DNA from: Eubacteriales bacterium
GTDB taxonomy: Bacteria > Bacillota > Clostridia > Oscillospirales > Oscillospiraceae
Direction of reading: 5' to 3'
Length of the DNA stretch: 55,989 bases
Assembly: GCA_030531585.1 (NCBI GenBank)
Contig: JAUNNC010000003.1
Location: 1,926-57,914 of the forward strand
The notes under the pieces are model-generated. The model ran no database searches and was not told the origin of the DNA. It worked only from the letters and a program-made list of their open reading frames with translations. This document shows positions 26,352 to 35,607 of the stretch, in pieces; position 1 is the stretch's first letter; the number at the start of each line of letters is the position of its first letter. The position numbers and the translations under genes were made by a program.

Positions 26352-28268
26352 ATGTCAGACATTTCCTATCAGCAGGCCCGGCGGCTCGGGCTGAAAGAGG
26401 TCAAGGCCCGCACGGCGCGGCACGAATACCCCTATCTGTGCGCGCTGGAGGAAACGCTTCCGCACCTGAGCTCGCAGAACGAGCAGAAGCTCGGCACCTT
26501 CCGCGTCGATCTCGAGCAGGTCGCGGGCACCTATACCGCCTCCCGGGGCGACGCCTTCTCCGCCTCCTTCTTCCCGCTTCTGGAGGAGTCGAGCGAGTTT
26601 GCCGCCAAGTGGTCGGCGCTGGCCTCCTCGCACCTGAAGGAGGGCATCCGCGATCCCATCCTCGTGGTCGAGTATCTCAACCGTTTTTATGTGGTGGAGG
26701 GGCACAAGCGCGTCTCGGTCCTGCGCTACTTCGGCGCGCTCACGGTGCGCGCGGAGGTCCGCCGTCTGCTCCCCGCGAGAAGTAAAGAGCCCGAGATCCT
26801 CGCCTATTACGAGTTCCTCGATTTCTACCGGGTCACGCAGATCCAGTACATCGTCTTCCGCACCCCGGGGCGCTATCCCGCCCTGCTGGAGCTGCTGTGC
26901 GGCGAGGACAGAAGCGTCTGGGACGAGGACCGGCAGCGCTGCTTTTTCTCCGACGTCACGCGCTTTCGCCGCAGCTTCCGGGATTCCGATCTCCGCGCGA
27001 AGCTGACGCAGGATGAGGCGCTGCTGCGCTATCTGGAGATCTTCGGCTACGACCATCTGCAGGACCGCACGCCCGCCGAGATCAAGGCCGACCTCGCCGC
27101 CATCGCGCCGGAGCTGTTGAGCCAGGCCGGGGACAAGCGGCCGGTTTTGATGACCGATTCCGCAGAGGCGCCGCGCGGTCTGATCCAGCGCATCGTCCAC
27201 CCGCCGCTGCACGATCTGAAGATCGCCTTCCTGCACGACAAGGACCCGGACAGCTCCTTCTGGACCTGGTCGCACGAGCAGGGGCGGCTCGCCGTGCAGG
27301 AGGCGCTGGGCGACCGGGTCGAGACCGTGAGCTGCTTCAACGTCCTGCAGGCTGACCCCGCCCGGACGATACGCGAGCTGGCGGAGCAGGGCTATGGCAT
27401 GATCTTCACGACCACGCCGCGGCTCCTGCGCGCCACGCTGACCGCCGCGGCCGCCTGGCCGGAGATCCGCTTCCTCAACTGCTCGCTCAACGTCAGCCAC
27501 CCGATCGTCCGCAGCTACTACGGGCGCATGTACGAAGCTAAATTTTTGACCGGCGTCATCGCCGGCGCCATGAGCGTTAATTCAAAAATTGGATATATTT
27601 GTAACTACCCGATTTTCAGTATGCCGGCCTCGATTAACGCCTTTGCGCTGGGGGCGAAAATGGTCAATCCCGAGGCGCAGATCTTCCTCGAATGGTCGAC
27701 CGTTGTCGACGCGGACGTGGGCGGACGGCTGGAACGAGACTGCGTGACGGCCGTCTCCGGCAGCGACAGCTTCGAGCCCGCCCGCCGGGATCAGGAGCTC
27801 GGGGTCTTCGCGCTGCGAGACGGGAAACGGGAGAATGTCGCGTACTCCCTTTGGGACTGGGGCAAGCTCTACACGCAGCTGGCGCGCTCGGTGCTCGACG
27901 GCTCCTGGTCGGAGCTGAGCAGCACGAGCGAGGCGGGACAGAGCATCAACTACTTCTGGGGTCTCGCCAGCGGGCTTGTGGACGTGCGCATCCTCCCGGC
28001 GCTGCCGGCGGCGACCGCGCGCCTGGTCACGCTGCTGCGGCGGATGATCGCGGAGGGCTCGCTGCTGCCCTTTGCGGGGCCCGTCTACGATCAGGACGGC
28101 GTCTGCCGCATCCCGGCCGACCGCGTGCTCACGCACGAGGAGATCCTGCACATGAACTGGCTGGTCGACAACGTGGTCGGCTCCCTCCCCCGCTTCGACC
28201 GGCTCAACGAGGAGGCGCGGGAGCTCGTGCGGCTTCAGGGCGTCAGTCTTCCGGAGGGAGATGCGTAA
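26352..28268 (+). CDS. Cytoplasmic fusion protein: N-terminal ParB/sulfiredoxin-like domain plus C-terminal BMP/PnrA (Med)-like ligand-binding domain
   Basis: 638 codons from ATG at 26352 (AAGAAGGAG upstream) with no signal peptide. The N-domain DPILVVEYLNRFYVVEGHKRVSVLRYFGALTVRAEV fits the ParB/Srx core pattern. The C-half (KIAFLHDKDPDSSFW...GYGMIFTTTP...FLNCS...YEAKFLTGVIAGAMSVNSKIGYICNYPIFSMPASINAFALGAKMVNPEAQIFLEW) looks like a BMP-family PBP fold. Confidence 0.75.
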   Translation: MSDISYQQARRLGLKEVKARTARHEYPYLCALEETLPHLSSQNEQKLGTFRVDLEQVAGTYTASRGDAFSASFFPLLEESSEFAAKWSALASSHLKEGIRDPILVVEYLNRFYVVEGHKRVSVLRYFGALTVRAEVRRLLPARSKEPEILAYYEFLDFYRVTQIQYIVFRTPGRYPALLELLCGEDRSVWDEDRQRCFFSDVTRFRRSFRDSDLRAKLTQDEALLRYLEIFGYDHLQDRTPAEIKADLAAIAPELLSQAGDKRPVLMTDSAEAPRGLIQRIVHPPLHDLKIAFLHDKDPDSSFWTWSHEQGRLAVQEALGDRVETVSCFNVLQADPARTIRELAEQGYGMIFTTTPRLLRATLTAAAAWPEIRFLNCSLNVSHPIVRSYYGRMYEAKFLTGVIAGAMSVNSKIGYICNYPIFSMPASINAFALGAKMVNPEAQIFLEWSTVVDADVGGRLERDCVTAVSGSDSFEPARRDQELGVFALRDGKRENVAYSLWDWGKLYTQLARSVLDGSWSELSSTSEAGQSINYFWGLASGLVDVRILPALPAATARLVTLLRRMIAEGSLLPFAGPVYDQDGVCRIPADRVLTHEEILHMNWLVDNVVGSLPRFDRLNEEARELVRLQGVSLPEGDA

Positions 28269-28278
28269 AGAGAGAACG

Positions 28279-28312
28279 GATTGCCGCGTCGCTTCACTCC
28301 TCGCAAGGACGT
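28279..28312 (-). repeat. Solo copy of the GTC.TTGCGAGGAG.GAAGCGACG.GGCAATCC module
   Basis: Plus strand reads GGATTGCCGCGTCGCTTCACTCCTCGCAAGGACG. The same module occurs at 23245-23276 (+) and 35053-35086 (-). Confidence 0.75.
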
Positions 28313-28332
28313 GCACATGGTTTGTTTATCTC

Positions 28333-28367
28333 AAAAACGAGGCAGGCTCAGCGCCTGCCTCGTTTTG
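28333..28367. terminator. Bidirectional terminator hairpin between convergent genes
   Basis: AAAAACGAGGCAGGC-TCAGC-GCCTGCCTCGTTTT. It overlaps the last codons of the 28348..29157 gene. Confidence 0.7.
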
Positions 28368-29157
28368 GATTCTTTTTCGGTTTTTCCTCCGGGAAGAGGT
28401 CGTCGCGGCGGTTCCAGTCGGGATCGGAGAAGCTGCTCTCCTGCACCATCAGGTCCTCCTCGCGGTGCTCCTCGTCGGTGAAGATCGCGCCCTCGGCCTG
28501 GGCGCTTTTCTTTTTTGTCAGCAGCTCGGGACTGAGCTTGCGGAAGGCCTGGCGAAAGAAGAAGCTCTGCAGGTAGGCCACGACCCCGAAGCCGCAGACC
28601 GCCCACAGATAGGCGAAGACCTCGACCGCCGCCGGGTTCATGATGAAGCTGACGTACAGCGCTGCGATCAGCAGACCCAGTGCCGCGAGCGTCCAGGGCA
28701 GGGCCCCGACGCTCAGCAGCCAGGCGTTGCGCAGGGTATTGCGCACCGTGTTCACATAGCGCGCCTGCAGCGGGAAGATGTAGATAAAGCCGAACAGGAA
28801 CAGCAGCGCCAGCAGGTAAAAGGTCACCTGATAGACCCGGCCGTAGGCCCCGCCGAGGCTCTGCGTCACGAACCAGTAGGCGGTCAGGAAGCCGATCATC
28901 AGCAGGCAGATCAGCCACAGGCAGGTCGCCTGCTTGAATTCCGCCCGGAAGGCCCGCCAGAAGTCGCGGAAGATCAGGCCGTCGTCCTTCTCCTCGTCCT
29001 CGATCAGCTCCTGCATGCAGGAGAACAGCGCCGTCAGCGAGGCGCCGATCGTAAAGACCGGCAGGCAGAACAGGACAAACATCACGTTGCAGATCACGAT
29101 GTCCGCCAGCTTGCTCAGCGCGGTCATCATCGGTCCGTCCGGGTCAAAGAATCTCAT
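28348..29157 (-). CDS. YesL-like (DUF624) membrane protein, typical accessory gene of sugar ABC loci
   Basis: 269 aa. The N-terminus MRFFDPDGPMMTALSKLADIVICNVMFVLFCLPVFTIGAS is characteristic of DUF624. Has six hydrophobic helices and an acidic C-terminal tail. Confidence 0.8.
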   Translation of the reverse strand: MRFFDPDGPMMTALSKLADIVICNVMFVLFCLPVFTIGASLTALFSCMQELIEDEEKDDGLIFRDFWRAFRAEFKQATCLWLICLLMIGFLTAYWFVTQSLGGAYGRVYQVTFYLLALLFLFGFIYIFPLQARYVNTVRNTLRNAWLLSVGALPWTLAALGLLIAALYVSFIMNPAAVEVFAYLWAVCGFGVVAYLQSFFFRQAFRKLSPELLTKKKSAQAEGAIFTDEEHREEDLMVQESSFSDPDWNRRDDLFPEEKPKKNPKRGRR

Positions 29158-29180
29158 GGGTTTTCCCTCCGATAGAACAG

Positions 29181-29208
29181 AAAGGGCGCCGTGAAAGCGG
29201 CGCCCTTT
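29181..29208 (-). terminator. Intra-locus hairpin/terminator after the permease genes
   Basis: AAGGGCGCCG-(loop)-CGGCGCCCTT, followed on the minus strand by TCTGTTCT. The yesL-like RBS follows. Confidence 0.5.
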
Positions 29209-29229
29209 TGGATGTTGGATCGCAGACGC

Positions 29230-30090
29230 TTACTTGATGGCGCCCTGAACCATGCCGTCCATGATGTGCTTCTGTGCGATCAGGAAGATCACGATCATCG
29301 GGATCATGGCGAGCAGAGCGGCCGTCAGGATCATATCCCAGGACTTCACGAACGAGCCGACGAAGGCCTGCACCGCGACGGGCAGGGTCTTGTTCGGGTT
29401 GTTCTGGCCCAGCAGGATGGAGGGGAGCAGGTAGTCGTTCCAGATCCACATGCCGTTGAGGATCGTGACGGTCACGATCGTGGGCTTGAGCAGCGGGAAG
29501 ATGATGCGGAAGAAGGTGCCCTCGGGCGAGCAGCCGTCGATGGCCGCGGCCTCCTCCAGCTCATAGGGGATGCCCTTGATGAAGCCGGTGAGGATGAACA
29601 CCGTCATGGCGCCGCCGAAGCCGCAGTAGGCGAAGATCAGGCCCGGCAGGGTGCCGTTCATGCCGAGACCCACGAATTTGCCGACCTCACGGAAGGTGGC
29701 GATCAGCGGGAGCATGACGACCTGGAAGGGGATGATCATCGAGGAGATGAAGACCATGTAGATCACGGTGGACCAGCGGGTCTTGTTGCGGCAGATGACC
29801 CACGCGGCCATGCCGCCGAAGACGGCCAGCAGCACCAGCGAAATGATCGTCACCAGCGTGGAGGAGCCGAAGGCGTGCCAGAACACGAAGTTCTTGTTGT
29901 TGATAACGGAGCTCGCGTTGGAGGCAAACTGCTTGAAGCTTGCACCCGCGAAGGAGATCGGGTTGGAGACGATGGCGCTCTGCGTCTTGAAGGAGTTGAG
30001 CACCACCAGCGCGAAGGGGAACAGGATGTAGGCAGCGAGGAGAATCGCGACGATCATCAGCGTGACCATACGGGACGTCTTCATTTTCAT
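29230..30090 (-). CDS. Carbohydrate ABC transporter permease (MalG-like)
   Basis: 286 aa. The EAA loop is ELEEAAAIDGCSPEGTFFRIIFPLLKP. Has six TM helices. Confidence 0.92.
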   Translation of the reverse strand: MKMKTSRMVTLMIVAILLAAYILFPFALVVLNSFKTQSAIVSNPISFAGASFKQFASNASSVINNKNFVFWHAFGSSTLVTIISLVLLAVFGGMAAWVICRNKTRWSTVIYMVFISSMIIPFQVVMLPLIATFREVGKFVGLGMNGTLPGLIFAYCGFGGAMTVFILTGFIKGIPYELEEAAAIDGCSPEGTFFRIIFPLLKPTIVTVTILNGMWIWNDYLLPSILLGQNNPNKTLPVAVQAFVGSFVKSWDMILTAALLAMIPMIVIFLIAQKHIMDGMVQGAIK

Positions 30091-31172
30091 TACATCTCGA
30101 CCTCCCTCTTATTGGAGATACGCACCTGGATCAGCGAGACGCAGGCCAGGATGATAAAGAACAGGATCGCCTTCGCCTGCGCATAGCCGAACTGGTCACG
30201 CGCAAAGGCGGTGTTGTAGATGTTCAGTGCGATCATCTGCGTGCCGTTGGACAGGCGCTGGCCCATGAAGCCGCGCACCGTGCCGACGCCGTTGGTCAAG
30301 GCCAGGTTGACGTCGAACTGCTTGAAGGCGGAGGTCAGGGTCAGGAAGGTGCAGATGGTGAAGGTGGCGGCGATCATGGGGATCTTGATCTGGAACAGGG
30401 TCTTCATGGCGTCGGCCCCGTCGATCTGGGCAGCCTCCAGCACGTCCTTCGGGACGGTGGCGAGACCGTTGATGTAGATCAGCATGATGTAGCCTGCGTA
30501 CTGCCAGACATACACGATGATGATGGCCATAAAGGCGGTGTTCGTGCTGGCAAGCCAGGAGTGCGGCGAATTCGTGATCGCCGTCAGCACGTTGGAGAAA
30601 ACGAACTGCCAGATATAGCCCAGAACGATGCCGCCGATCAGGTTCGGCAGGAAGTAGGCGGCGCGGAAGAAGCCCACGCCCTTGAGCTTGGTGGTGCACA
30701 GCAGGGCCAGCAGGAAGGCGACCAGGTTCACCAGGATCATGTTGACGACCACGAACAGAACGGTCAGCAGCAGGGACCAGATGAACGCCGGGTCCTTGAA
30801 CATGGCGCCGTAGTTTTCAAAGCCCACCATTTTGGTGTAGGAGACGCCGTTCCAGTCGGTAAAGGAGTAGAAGATACCGACAAACATCGGGATGATGACG
30901 GTGACGGCGAAGGTGAAGAGCAGGGGGAAGAGGAAGATGAAGTTGATGATGGCGCGGTGGTGCATGACCGTGGGGATGTAGTACAGGCCAGCCAGGCAGA
31001 GCAGAGCGCCGAGAACCAGAAACAGGCCGCGCAGCGCGATCTTTGCCGAGCCCATGTTGACCACGAGGTAGGTCTTGGAGAAGTCCATCCACAAGGCCGC
31101 GATCAGCAGAACGGCGCCCAGAATCAGAAGTGTAAGCGAGAGGATCTTTTTGCCGGAGGTGTTTTCATTCAT
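30090..31172 (-). CDS. Carbohydrate ABC transporter permease (MalF-like, with ~70-aa two-helix N-terminal extension)
   Basis: 360 aa. The EAA loop is VLEAAQIDGADAMKTLFQIKIPM. Overlaps the next permease by 1 nt. Confidence 0.9.
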   Translation of the reverse strand: MNENTSGKKILSLTLLILGAVLLIAALWMDFSKTYLVVNMGSAKIALRGLFLVLGALLCLAGLYYIPTVMHHRAIINFIFLFPLLFTFAVTVIIPMFVGIFYSFTDWNGVSYTKMVGFENYGAMFKDPAFIWSLLLTVLFVVVNMILVNLVAFLLALLCTTKLKGVGFFRAAYFLPNLIGGIVLGYIWQFVFSNVLTAITNSPHSWLASTNTAFMAIIIVYVWQYAGYIMLIYINGLATVPKDVLEAAQIDGADAMKTLFQIKIPMIAATFTICTFLTLTSAFKQFDVNLALTNGVGTVRGFMGQRLSNGTQMIALNIYNTAFARDQFGYAQAKAILFFIILACVSLIQVRISNKREVEM

Positions 31173-31217
31173 ATCTCGGATCGCTCCCTTTCCAGTAGCT
31201 ATTCTCCCAAAGGAACA

Positions 31218-31241
31218 GGGGCGGCGACGAGTCGCCGCCCC
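31218..31241 (-). other. GC-rich hairpin between the binding-protein and permease genes (possible mRNA stabiliser or partial terminator)
   Basis: GGGGCGGCGAC-GA-GTCGCCGCCCC. There is no U-tract on the minus strand. Confidence 0.45.
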
Positions 31242-31266
31242 TTCTGAAGTACGTTATTGACGCGGA

Positions 31267-32598
31267 TTACTTGACAGCCTGGGGAATGGTGGCGACCATG
31301 TCGTCGATGAAGCCCTGGGTGTCGATGGTGCCCATGGCGTAATCCTGGAAGATGGCGCCGGTGAAGTCCTCAGCCATGTTGGCGGGCTGCTCGAGGAAGT
31401 GCCAGCCGGAGGTCTTGCCGCGGGCGGTGAAGTCGGCAACCGTGGGAGCGAACGGGTCGTTCGCGACGACGGTGCAGCTCTTGTACGGGCTGTTCAGACC
31501 GGCTTCCTGAACGAGGATCTGCTGGCCGTCGGGGCCGGCGAGCCACTGCAGGAAGGCCTCGGCCTCAGCCACATTGCCCTCGTTGTAGACGGCCCAGTGG
31601 GAGGGAGGATTGGTCAGGATGGTGTCGATGCCCTCGATGAAGGCGTAGGGGATCATGCCGCACTCGAAGTTGCCGGCCGCTGCGTACAGATCCTTGTACT
31701 GGTCGGTCAGGGAGGCGCCGATCCAGGAGCCCTGGGTCACGAACGCGTACTTGCCGGAGGCGAAGCCGGAGACCTGCAGGTCATAGTTGCCGGAGACGAG
31801 CAGGGCGGGATCGGAGTACTGGTTGAACAGGCCGACCATCTCGGCAAACGGGGTGAAGCGGTCGAGGTCGAGCTTGCCCTCGTTCATCATGAGGTCGAAG
31901 TAGGTGTCGTCGTCACGGGCGAGGCCGGCGTCCAGATAGTTGGAGAACATGTGGTTGCCGGTGGACCAGTACAGCTCCTTGGCGTTGGCGCAGTAGCCGA
32001 CGACGGCGGTGATGCCGAGCTCGTCCTTCATGGAGTCGAGCTTCTCGAAGGCGGCCTTCATGGACGCGGGTCCGGTGACGGAGGCGGGATCAATGCCGGC
32101 CTTGTCGAGGATGCTCTTGTTGTAGGCCAGACCGATGGCCTCGGTGGTGTAGGGGAAGCCGATGACGGCGCCGGTGTCGTCGACGAACTCAGCCTCGGTG
32201 TCGGAGACCCATGCCTGGTCGGACATGTCGACAACCTTGCCGACCCAGTTGGAGAAGTCGGGCGTGCCCTCGCAGGTGAAGATGTCGGGCATGTTGCCGG
32301 CCTGGTAGCGCTGCTTCAGCTCAGACTGAAGGTCGACGCCGCCGCCGACGGAGTTGACCTCGACATGCTTGCCGGTCTGTTCCTCATAGACCTTGGCAGC
32401 GTGGTCGAGCGCGCCGGCGATCTCGATCTTGCCGTTGAAGAGGGTGATGCCGTTCTTCGCGGAGGTGTCGGCAGCGGGGGCAGCGTCGCCGCCGGAGGCG
32501 GGAGCGGCCGCAGGAGCCGCGGATTCGGTGCTGACGCCGCAGGCCGCCAGAGCGACGATCATGACGAGCGCCAGCACGAGCGCAAGTGTTTTCTTCAT
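31267..32598 (-). CDS. Sugar ABC transporter substrate-binding lipoprotein
   Basis: 443 aa. The lipobox is VALAAC-G, followed by an Ala/Pro/Gly-rich linker and then a family-1 SBP-like body. Confidence 0.9.
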   Translation of the reverse strand: MKKTLALVLALVMIVALAACGVSTESAAPAAAPASGGDAAPAADTSAKNGITLFNGKIEIAGALDHAAKVYEEQTGKHVEVNSVGGGVDLQSELKQRYQAGNMPDIFTCEGTPDFSNWVGKVVDMSDQAWVSDTEAEFVDDTGAVIGFPYTTEAIGLAYNKSILDKAGIDPASVTGPASMKAAFEKLDSMKDELGITAVVGYCANAKELYWSTGNHMFSNYLDAGLARDDDTYFDLMMNEGKLDLDRFTPFAEMVGLFNQYSDPALLVSGNYDLQVSGFASGKYAFVTQGSWIGASLTDQYKDLYAAAGNFECGMIPYAFIEGIDTILTNPPSHWAVYNEGNVAEAEAFLQWLAGPDGQQILVQEAGLNSPYKSCTVVANDPFAPTVADFTARGKTSGWHFLEQPANMAEDFTGAIFQDYAMGTIDTQGFIDDMVATIPQAVK

Positions 32599-32778
32599 GC
32601 TTTTTTCCTCACTTTTTCATAGTTTTTTCGGCTGGGAAAACCCCATCCTTACTGACATAGTTTAGCATTCCATCCCCGCAAAATCAATGATTTTTGTGCC
32701 ATTCGCCGATTCTGGGCGTTTTGTACGAAGCATACTTTCAAAAATTATAGCTTTTGACCAATTGACAGCTCGCCCGCT

Positions 32779-32810
32779 TTTGTCCACGCAACACTTGCAA
32801 GTTTGTCCAC
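32779..32810 (+). promoter_or_regulatory. Exact direct repeat TTTGTCCAC x2 (23 bp start to start) flanking or overlapping the GH13 promoter -35; candidate operator
   Basis: Copies are at 32779-32787 and 32802-32810. Looser TTTTGT.C-like copies lie further upstream (about 32692, 32718 and 32750). Confidence 0.35.
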
Positions 32811-32823
32811 ACTCCTGTACAAT
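32795..32823 (+). promoter_or_regulatory. Promoter TTGCAA-17-TACAAT for the GH13 gene
   Basis: TTGCAA at 32795-32800, a 17-nt spacer ending in TG, TACAAT at 32818-32823. Lies about 35 nt upstream of the ATG. Confidence 0.6.
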
Positions 32824-32857
32824 ACAGAAAACGGTCTGTTGACAGGAGGGACCCCTT

Positions 32858-34534
32858 ATGCAGCACAAATGGTGGCACGGTAAAACCGCATATCAGATTT
32901 ATCCGAAGAGCTTCTGCGACTCGAACGGCGACGGGATCGGCGACCTGCGGGGCGTGATCTCGAAGCTAGACTACCTGCGGGAGCTCGGCGTGGAGATCGT
33001 CTGGCTCTCCCCCGTCTACCCCTCGCCCATGGCCGATCAGGGCTACGACATCTCCGACTACTACAATATCGATCCGCGCTTCGGCACCATGGACGACATG
33101 GACGAGCTGATCGCAAAGGCGCGCGAGCGCGGGATCTCCATCGTGATGGATCTGGTCGTCAACCACTGCTCGGACGAGCACGATTGGTTCCGCAGGGCCT
33201 GCGAGGACCCGGACGGGCCTTACGGGCAGTTCTTCTACATCCGGGATTGGCATGAGGGCGAGCCCCTCCCCTGCAACTGGCGCAGCTACTTCGGCGGCCC
33301 CTGCTGGGAAGTGCTGCCCGGCCACCCGGACAAGATCTACTTCCACGCCTTCCACAAGAAGCAGCCCGACCTCAACTGGGAAAACCCCGCGCTGCGCCGG
33401 GAAATCTACAAGATGATCAACTGGTGGCTGGACCGGGGACTCGGCGGCTTTCGCATCGACGCGATCATCAACATCAAGAAGCTGCTCCCCTTCCGCGACT
33501 TCCCCGCCGACCGGGACGACGGTCTGTGCGCTATCCAGCGGATGCTGGCCGAGACCGAGGGCGTGAACGTCTTCCTGCGCGAGATGGCCGACGAGACCTT
33601 CTGCCTCTACGACGCCTTCTCCGTGGGCGAGGTCTTCAATGAGAAGACCGAGGACCTGCCGCTGATCATCGGGGACGACGGCTACTTCTCCAGCATGTTC
33701 GACTTCTCGGAGCACCTGCTCGGTCTGGACCGGCGCGGCTGGCATCTTTCGCATCTGCCGACGGCGGAGGAATACAAGCAGGCCGCCTTCGCCGCCCAGG
33801 CGCGCGTCGCCGACATCGGCTTTCTCTCCAACATCATCGAAAACCACGATGAGCCGCGCGGCGTCTCCCACTATCCGCCGCAGGGCGAGCGCTCCGACGC
33901 GGCCAAGAAGCTGCTCGGCGGACTCAACTTCCTGCTGCGCGGCCTGCCCTTCCTCTATCAGGGGCAGGAGCTCGGCATGGAGAACCGCACGGGCTGGACG
34001 CTCGGGGAGTTTGACGACATCAACACCCTCGACCAGTACGAGGTGGCCCTGCGCGCGGGCTTCACGCCGGAGCAGGCGCTGCGGGCGGTCTCGCTCTACT
34101 CGCGCGACAACGCCCGCACGCCCTTCCAGTGGGACGCCACTCCCGGCGCGGGCTTCACGACCGGCACGCCCTGGCTGCCGCTCAACCCGAATTACCGGGA
34201 GCTCAACCTCGCCGCCCAGCGCGGGCGCGAGGGCTCGGTCTACGAGTTCTACCGCAGCCTGATCGCCCTGCGAAAAAGCGGGGAATACGGCGAGACCCTG
34301 GTCTACGGCGAGACCGTGCCGTGGCTCCCGGAGCAGCGCAACCTGATGGCCTATCTGCGCCGGGGCGAGAAGACGGTCCTCGTGGCGGGGAATTTCCAGG
34401 GCGAGCCGCAGGACATGCGCCTGCCCGCGCCGCTGAAAAAGCTGCTGCTGAACAATCTGGAGACGCTGGACGCGGAGAGCGGGACGCTGCATCTGGCCCC
34501 GTGGCAGCTCATCGTGGCCGAGGCGGAGGGGTGA
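32858..34534 (+). CDS. GH13 alpha-glucosidase / oligo-1,6-glucosidase family enzyme
   Basis: 558 aa. Has WWHGKTAYQIYPKSFCDSNGDGIGDLRG, DLVVNHCSDEH, GGFRIDAI and ENHDEPRG (GH13 conserved regions I, II and IV). Confidence 0.95.
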   Translation: MQHKWWHGKTAYQIYPKSFCDSNGDGIGDLRGVISKLDYLRELGVEIVWLSPVYPSPMADQGYDISDYYNIDPRFGTMDDMDELIAKARERGISIVMDLVVNHCSDEHDWFRRACEDPDGPYGQFFYIRDWHEGEPLPCNWRSYFGGPCWEVLPGHPDKIYFHAFHKKQPDLNWENPALRREIYKMINWWLDRGLGGFRIDAIINIKKLLPFRDFPADRDDGLCAIQRMLAETEGVNVFLREMADETFCLYDAFSVGEVFNEKTEDLPLIIGDDGYFSSMFDFSEHLLGLDRRGWHLSHLPTAEEYKQAAFAAQARVADIGFLSNIIENHDEPRGVSHYPPQGERSDAAKKLLGGLNFLLRGLPFLYQGQELGMENRTGWTLGEFDDINTLDQYEVALRAGFTPEQALRAVSLYSRDNARTPFQWDATPGAGFTTGTPWLPLNPNYRELNLAAQRGREGSVYEFYRSLIALRKSGEYGETLVYGETVPWLPEQRNLMAYLRRGEKTVLVAGNFQGEPQDMRLPAPLKKLLLNNLETLDAESGTLHLAPWQLIVAEAEG

Positions 34535-34560
34535 GTACGAAGCGGAGCAGGACCGCGAAA

Positions 34561-35213
34561 GGCATTTGCGGCAATCCGTTTTCCGTGTCACGGATGCAAG
34601 ATTTGACCTGCGTGATTCACTTTTCTTTGTTCGGACCAAAGAAAAGTGACAAAAGAAACGCCGCAAGGGAGGGGAAGATTCCGTTTTCTTCCCCTCCCTT
34701 GACCCTCCCTAATTGAAACGGCCAAGGGGGTCTGCGGACCCCCGTTGGATTCCCCGGGGAGCGATGGGAAGATTGTGCACAAAACGTACCGCATGCACCA
34801 CGCAGCGCCAAGCGAAGCGTCTCCGCGCGGAAACAGAGGCGACAGCCTGTTCCACGATTGCACCCGGTTTTGAGAAAAGCCCGGACCTCCGCGGGGATCG
34901 GCTCAAAGCTTATCGGCGGGAAACCCGCGTGGAAGCGCCCTTTTCTTTCTTCCACCGGGCGCGGCGCTATCTTTCTTTTCGGGCAAGCACCGAAAAGAAA
35001 GATAGGGGGGCGCATTACGCAGCCTATCGCTTGCAAACCGGCACGAGAAAACGGATTGCCACGTCGCTTCGCTCCTCGCAATGACGCGCAGGGGGAAAGC
35101 CGGGCGCAAGAGGCGGCGACACCTCATCCGCCCTGCGGGCATCTTCCCCTCAAGGGGAAGGCAGACGGGGGCGGGAGCAAAAGGCAGTGTGCGCATTCCC
35201 AGCAATGACTGCA
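34561..35213 (-). repeat. Right copy (IR-R) of the ~650-bp mosaic inverted repeat
   Basis: Its reverse complement aligns with 23459-24108 (see IR-L). The inner end starts 26 nt after the GH13 stop. Confidence 0.85.
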
Positions 35214-35222
35214 AAACATAGA

Positions 35223-35254
35223 AACGCCGCCGGTGCGTGTGCACCGGCGGCGTT
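35223..35254 (-). terminator. Terminator after ireB
   Basis: AACGCCGCCGGTGC-GTGT-GCACCGGCGGCGTT (14-bp stem), followed on the minus strand by TCTATGTTTTG. Confidence 0.7.
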
Positions 35255-35266
35255 CCCGTCTTCCGC

Positions 35267-35509
35267 TCACTTGTCAAGGTAGCATTTGAGCAGCTCCTGC
35301 ATCAGCTCGTCCCGGTCGATCCGGCAGATGAGCGTGCGGGCGTTGTTGTAGTTGGTGATGTAGGTCGGATCCTCGGAGAGGATGTAGCCCACGATCTGGT
35401 TGATGGGGTTGTAGCCCTTGACCATCAGAGAGTTGTAGACGGAGGAGAGGATCTCCTTCATCTCGGCCTTGGAGTCGAGCGCTGTAAATTTTCTGGTTGC
35501 GTCTTCCAT
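35267..35509 (-). CDS. ireB: IreB-family regulatory phosphoprotein (UPF0297)
   Basis: 80 aa. MEDATRKFTALD...VYNSLMVKGYNPINQIVGYILSEDPTYITNYNNAR is the conserved UPF0297 core. Confidence 0.85.
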   Translation of the reverse strand: MEDATRKFTALDSKAEMKEILSSVYNSLMVKGYNPINQIVGYILSEDPTYITNYNNARTLICRIDRDELMQELLKCYLDK

Positions 35510-35607
35510 GATCTCACCTGTCCTTTATTCTATCCTGCTTCCATTATATACCCGACAGGAGGGACAAGTAAAGTCAAAATAGACTTAATTTTTCTTAATG
35601 CCGCAGC

